DNA of 19,624 bases, from the NCBI GenBank assembly GCA_044220955.1, contig JBGAQA010000114.1, forward strand, positions 1-19,624. Direction: 5' to 3'. This DNA is from Sandaracinaceae bacterium (GTDB lineage Bacteria > Myxococcota_A > Polyangia > Polyangiales > Sandaracinaceae). Shown here in pieces: positions 16,556 through 19,624 of the stretch. Numbering within the stretch: the first letter of the stretch is position 1; the number at the start of each line of letters is the position of its first letter. Made by a program: the position numbers and the translations under genes. The notes under the pieces are model-generated. The model did not search any database and was not told the DNA's origin. It saw nothing but the letters and a program-made list of their open reading frames with translations.

Positions 16556-17569
16556 TCAGCCGTCCCCCGCGTCTTCGTCGCGCTCGAGGGCCATCTCCTC
16601 GGCCTCCTCGGCGGCGATCTCGATCTCGTCGGCGTCGTCCTCGCCCTCGATCACGTCGTCGTGGCGGCGCCCGAGCGGCACCATGGAGAGGATGAGCGGC
16701 GGCACCTCGTGCGCGCGCTCGGCCTGGCGCTCGGGGATGCGCCGCACGCCGGTGCCGAACCAGCTCACGTCGACGTCGAGGTCGTCGAGCTGGCAGCCCC
16801 CGTAGCCACAAGGGACCTCCTTCACCTTCACCTTCAGGTCGCTGCCGATGACGAACTCGGCGCCGAACTGGTTGGCCTGCTGGAGCAGGCGCTGCGACGC
16901 GATCTGGCGCGCCTGCTCCACCGCGTTGCTCGCCTGCGTCAGCTCGACCGTGCCGTTGCCGACGCCGCTCGTGACGTGCCAGACGTGGTAGCGGCAGAAC
17001 TCGAAGAGAAAGCCGCAGGGCTCGAAGCCGTCCTGCGCGAGCGCCCAGAGCTCCTGACCCGAGAGGTCCGTGATGATCGGCTGCCCGCGCTGGTGCGTGA
17101 TCCAGGGCGCGCGCACGGCCGTGCCGACGACCGTGAACTCGAGGATCTCGCCGCCGTCGTCGCCGCCCTTGCCGCGCGCGCCCATCGTGATCATGCGGTC
17201 GCGCAGGTGCACGCCGATGACCGCGTCCGCGCCGACGAGCTGGGCCTCCGTGAAGAGGCGGGCCACGGCCTTGCGCCGCGAGGCCCGATGGCCGTCGCTG
17301 ATGATCGAGATCTCGCTCGTCTTGCCCTTGTAGTCGGGGATCTGACCGACGTGGTAGATGCAGCTCCCCATCACCTGCGAGATCGGCTGCACGTGCGCGT
17401 CGCGCGCGAGCAAGAACTCGGGGACGGAGAGGTCGCTCGTGAAGAGGCGCGCGTGCGCGCCGGCCTCCTCGGCGAGCCGCTCCTTGGCGCGCAGCGGGAT
17501 CCCGCCGCCGCGCACCTCGTTCAGGCTCTGCGCGATGTTGATCGCCGGACGATTCCGGACGTTGGACAT
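16556..17569 (-). CDS. Tandem YbjQ/UPF0145 domain protein, paralogue B, with acidic tail (337 aa)
   Basis: FTSDLSVPEF...EAQLVGADAVIGVHL...VVGTAV and ITDLSGQEL...QANQFGAEFVIG...WFGTGV. ATG 17569 overlaps the upstream stop (TGATG). Confidence 0.88.
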   Translation of the reverse strand: MSNVRNRPAINIAQSLNEVRGGGIPLRAKERLAEEAGAHARLFTSDLSVPEFLLARDAHVQPISQVMGSCIYHVGQIPDYKGKTSEISIISDGHRASRRKAVARLFTEAQLVGADAVIGVHLRDRMITMGARGKGGDDGGEILEFTVVGTAVRAPWITHQRGQPIITDLSGQELWALAQDGFEPCGFLFEFCRYHVWHVTSGVGNGTVELTQASNAVEQARQIASQRLLQQANQFGAEFVIGSDLKVKVKEVPCGYGGCQLDDLDVDVSWFGTGVRRIPERQAERAHEVPPLILSMVPLGRRHDDVIEGEDDADEIEIAAEEAEEMALERDEDAGDG

Positions 17570-18375
17570 CAGTCCCCCACGCTGAGCACGAGGGCGGGGC
17601 GCTCGATGTGGTGGTCCTCGCGGATGGGGACGACGGCCGTCCCGACGGCGCTGAACTCGAGGACGGTCGGGCCCCACGTGTGGTTGTTCTCGTCGATCGC
17701 CACGCCGACGATGCCACGCGCCCCGAGCGCCTCGGCCTCGACCTGCATGCGCTCCATCGCGAGCTCGCGCGCGTCGTAGAGCGCCTGCGTCGGGCCGGTC
17801 AGCTCGCGGCTGTCGACGGGCTGCCGGTTCGACATCTGGCCCTGGCCGACGTTGTAGACGCAGTTGCCCATCACGAAGCCGAGCGGGCGGTAGCCCGCGT
17901 TGAGCAGCGTCCAGAAGTCCTGGCCCGAGAGGTCGCTCGTGAACGGGCGGTTCTCCGGCCCGCGGAAGCCTTGCTGGTAGGCCTTCACCGCCGTGCCGAT
18001 GGCCATGAACTCGATGACGTTGGCGCCCCACGCGTGCACGTTCAGCGTGAGCCGCACCGCCACGATGCCGTCCGCGCCGAGCTCGTGCGCCTCCTCCTCC
18101 ATGCGCACCATCGCGAGCTCGCGAGCGCTGTAGAGCGCCTGCGTCATCGTCGTGAGCTCCTCGTTGACGTGCGCGCGGATCTCCTGCAGGCCGATGTTGA
18201 AGATGCTCGAGCCCATCACCAGGCCGAGCGGCTCGAAGCCCGCCTCCTTCACGAGGAGGAACTCGCTCACGGTGAGGTCACTCGTGAAGAAGTGATGCTC
18301 CCGCATCTCGGTGAGGCGCTCGCGCGCGTGCTGAGGGAGGTCGTGGAGCTCCCGTCTCTTGTGCGCCTGCTCCAT
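17569..18375 (-). CDS. Tandem YbjQ/UPF0145 domain protein, paralogue A (268 aa)
   Basis: FTSDLTVSEF...ARELAMVRMEEEAHELGADGIVAVRL...AIGTAV and FTSDLSGQDF...ARELAMERMQVEAEALGARGIVGV...AVGTAV; GGGAGG SD. Confidence 0.9.
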   Translation of the reverse strand: MEQAHKRRELHDLPQHARERLTEMREHHFFTSDLTVSEFLLVKEAGFEPLGLVMGSSIFNIGLQEIRAHVNEELTTMTQALYSARELAMVRMEEEAHELGADGIVAVRLTLNVHAWGANVIEFMAIGTAVKAYQQGFRGPENRPFTSDLSGQDFWTLLNAGYRPLGFVMGNCVYNVGQGQMSNRQPVDSRELTGPTQALYDARELAMERMQVEAEALGARGIVGVAIDENNHTWGPTVLEFSAVGTAVVPIREDHHIERPALVLSVGD

Positions 18376-18381
18376 GGACGA

Positions 18382-18843
18382 TCAGCCTCCCTTGAGGCGC
18401 GCGAGCACGGAGGCCACGCGCGCGTTGTCGTTGGCGTGCTCCGCGATCGACTTGGTGACTTCCTTCACCCAGACGTCGAGCGCGAGCACCTTCGTCTTGA
18501 GCGCGACGCCGCGGACGAGCTTCTTGTAGCTCGCGGTGTACTGGCCCGTGTGCTCGCGCTTGGCGGTGTACATGTGCGGGTCGAGGTTCAGCTCGAGGTG
18601 CTCGATGTGGTGCCCCGCGCGGTGGACCTTCGTCTTGTCCGGGAGCGCGTGATGGAGCGCCTCGGAGAGGTCGTGCAGGAACTTGTGCACGTTGTTCGCG
18701 TCGAGGTGCAGGCCCGCGGCGAGCTGGTGCTCGTCGATCGCGACCTGCTTGCGCGACTTGCAGAACTGACAGTCGTAGATGCGGGGGTCGGCGTTCGGGA
18801 GCATCGCGGCTCCGCAGCTGTCGCACTGGACTACCTTGGTCAT
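18382..18843 (-). CDS. Hypothetical protein with N-terminal Zn-ribbon (CxxC...CxxC) and His-rich body (153 aa)
   Basis: MTKVVQCDSCG...YDCQFCK with 13 His. ATG 18843 overlaps the upstream stop (ATGA), and GAGGA lies upstream. Confidence 0.85.
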   Translation of the reverse strand: MTKVVQCDSCGAAMLPNADPRIYDCQFCKSRKQVAIDEHQLAAGLHLDANNVHKFLHDLSEALHHALPDKTKVHRAGHHIEHLELNLDPHMYTAKREHTGQYTASYKKLVRGVALKTKVLALDVWVKEVTKSIAEHANDNARVASVLARLKGG

Positions 18844-19256
18844 GCCGTCCTCACTGCGCCCTGGACGTAGCCGACGTCGGGGCCGATCACGAGCACCGTC
18901 GATCGATCGCTGCCGACCCGAAGCTCCATGGTCGAGCCGGGCAGCACGTCCCGGACGAGGTTGCCCGGGATGTAGAGGTTCACGTTCGCCTCGTAGGGCT
19001 GGTAGCCCGGCACCTCGATGTCGACCTTCGCCGTCCGGATCTCGTAGCGGATGCCGCCCGAGGTCGTGCGCTGACCGACGTTCGAGACCCAGAGCATGAT
19101 CCCGCGCGCCGGCGTTCCGTTCGACGTGAGGCCGTAGACGCCGCCGGTGAAGAGCCCGGCGCCGCCGGCGCGGGCGAGCGAGGCCACGCCGCCGCCCGTC
19201 GCGAGGACGAACGCGAAGACCATGAACATGAAGAAACAGACGATCAACCCACCCAC
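18840..19256 (-). CDS. Hypothetical protein, N-terminal membrane anchor + small beta-rich domain (138 aa)
   Basis: MGGLIVCFFMFMVFAFVLA TM, a Gly-rich linker, then GTPARGIML...VDIEVPGYQPYEA...LPGSTMELRV. Start at GTG 19256 is inferred from the -10 spacing. Confidence 0.8.
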   Translation of the reverse strand: MGGLIVCFFMFMVFAFVLATGGGVASLARAGGAGLFTGGVYGLTSNGTPARGIMLWVSNVGQRTTSGGIRYEIRTAKVDIEVPGYQPYEANVNLYIPGNLVRDVLPGSTMELRVGSDRSTVLVIGPDVGYVQGAVRTA

Positions 19257-19262
19257 GCGCGC

Positions 19263-19268
19263 AGCGTA
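19263..19268 (-). promoter_or_regulatory. -10 element TACGCT, 6 nt before GTG 19256 (leaderless-type operon promoter)
   Basis: Minus strand reads TACGCT-gcgcgc-GTG. Confidence 0.5.
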
Positions 19269-19507
19269 CGCCCCGGCACGCGAGCGGCTCAAGGACGAAC
19301 GGCGGGGTAGACGACGGCCGAGGTGTACTCGCACGTCCTCGTGGCGAGCGACGCGAGCGAGGTGTAGCCCACACCACGATCGACAGAATCGATGCACGTC
19401 CCTGACGACGAGGGTCGCCGGCACGGCGGAATCGTTTCTTGGGTTCGGAACGCTTCGCGTCTGGGCAGGGATGGGGATGCATCCCCGCGCGGCCGACGGG
19501 TCCGCGA

Positions 19508-19550
19508 GTTGACCATGCTCGTTGACCATGGTCGCGTCGCGTGGGACCGT
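19508..19550 (+). promoter_or_regulatory. TA promoter/operator: tandem GACCATG(C/G)TC palindromes overlapping a TTGACC -35
   Basis: GTTGACCATG occurs at 19508 and 19521. Imperfect palindrome 19511-19520 and perfect palindrome 19524-19533; TTGACC-17-GACCGT-6-GTG. Confidence 0.65.
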
Positions 19551-19556
19551 CGGGCC

Positions 19557-19624
19557 GTGGACTCGATGCCCATCTCGAAGTTCAAGGCGACCTGCCTCGC
19601 GGCGCTCGAGCGCGTGCGGAAGAC
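19557..19624 (+). CDS. Phd/YefM family type II antitoxin, 5' part (truncated by window end)
   Basis: MDSMPISKFKATCLAALERVRK matches the Phd/YefM N-terminal pattern; the start is GTG 19557 or ATG 19566. It is not in the supplied ORF track. Confidence 0.8.
   Translation, partial: MDSMPISKFKATCLAALERVRK

Noticed and set aside
14800..18130. Recurring CATCGCGAGCTCGCG and GCAGTTGCCCATC segments as a possible CRISPR or repeat array
   Set aside because: Spacing is irregular and they encode the ARELAM and MGNCVY motifs of the paralogous domains. No CRISPR array or cas gene is seen.
19441..19470. GGGTTCG as a tRNA T-arm or att fragment
   Set aside because: There is no T-stem complement, cloverleaf or CCA end.
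18844..19482. 366-aa version of the Zn-ribbon ORF and 229-aa version of the membrane protein
   Set aside because: The extensions are low-complexity. ATG 18843 (ATGA overlap with SD) and GTG 19256 (-10 spacing, TM start) are better supported.

Overview
High-GC window, most likely from a Myxococcota (Polyangiales-like) genome; this is inferred from a MYXO-CTERM-like sorting tail, a Hanks-type kinase and the overall gene content. From left to right it holds: Hsp20, convergent mlaD-like and mlaF-like genes without mlaE, two small hypothetical genes, a VOC-family enzyme, a putative outer-membrane beta-barrel protein followed by a Ser/Thr kinase, a secreted PHP-type metallohydrolase, two NarL-type regulators (the second with a degenerate receiver) and a hybrid histidine kinase. 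Next is a ~1.6 kb two-gene islet (membrane protein + AraC) bracketed by a 67-bp direct repeat of a lipoprotein gene's 3' end. The most unusual feature is a tightly coupled minus-strand operon (19256->14592). It encodes a membrane-anchored protein, a Zn-ribbon/His-rich protein and four divergent paralogues that each carry two YbjQ/UPF0145-like domains, plus a 12-codon ORF bridging the last two paralogues. The window ends in the start of a Phd/YefM-type antitoxin with a tandem-palindrome operator. Several genes look leaderless (TANNNT-N6-start). All family calls come from reading motifs by eye; no database searches were run.
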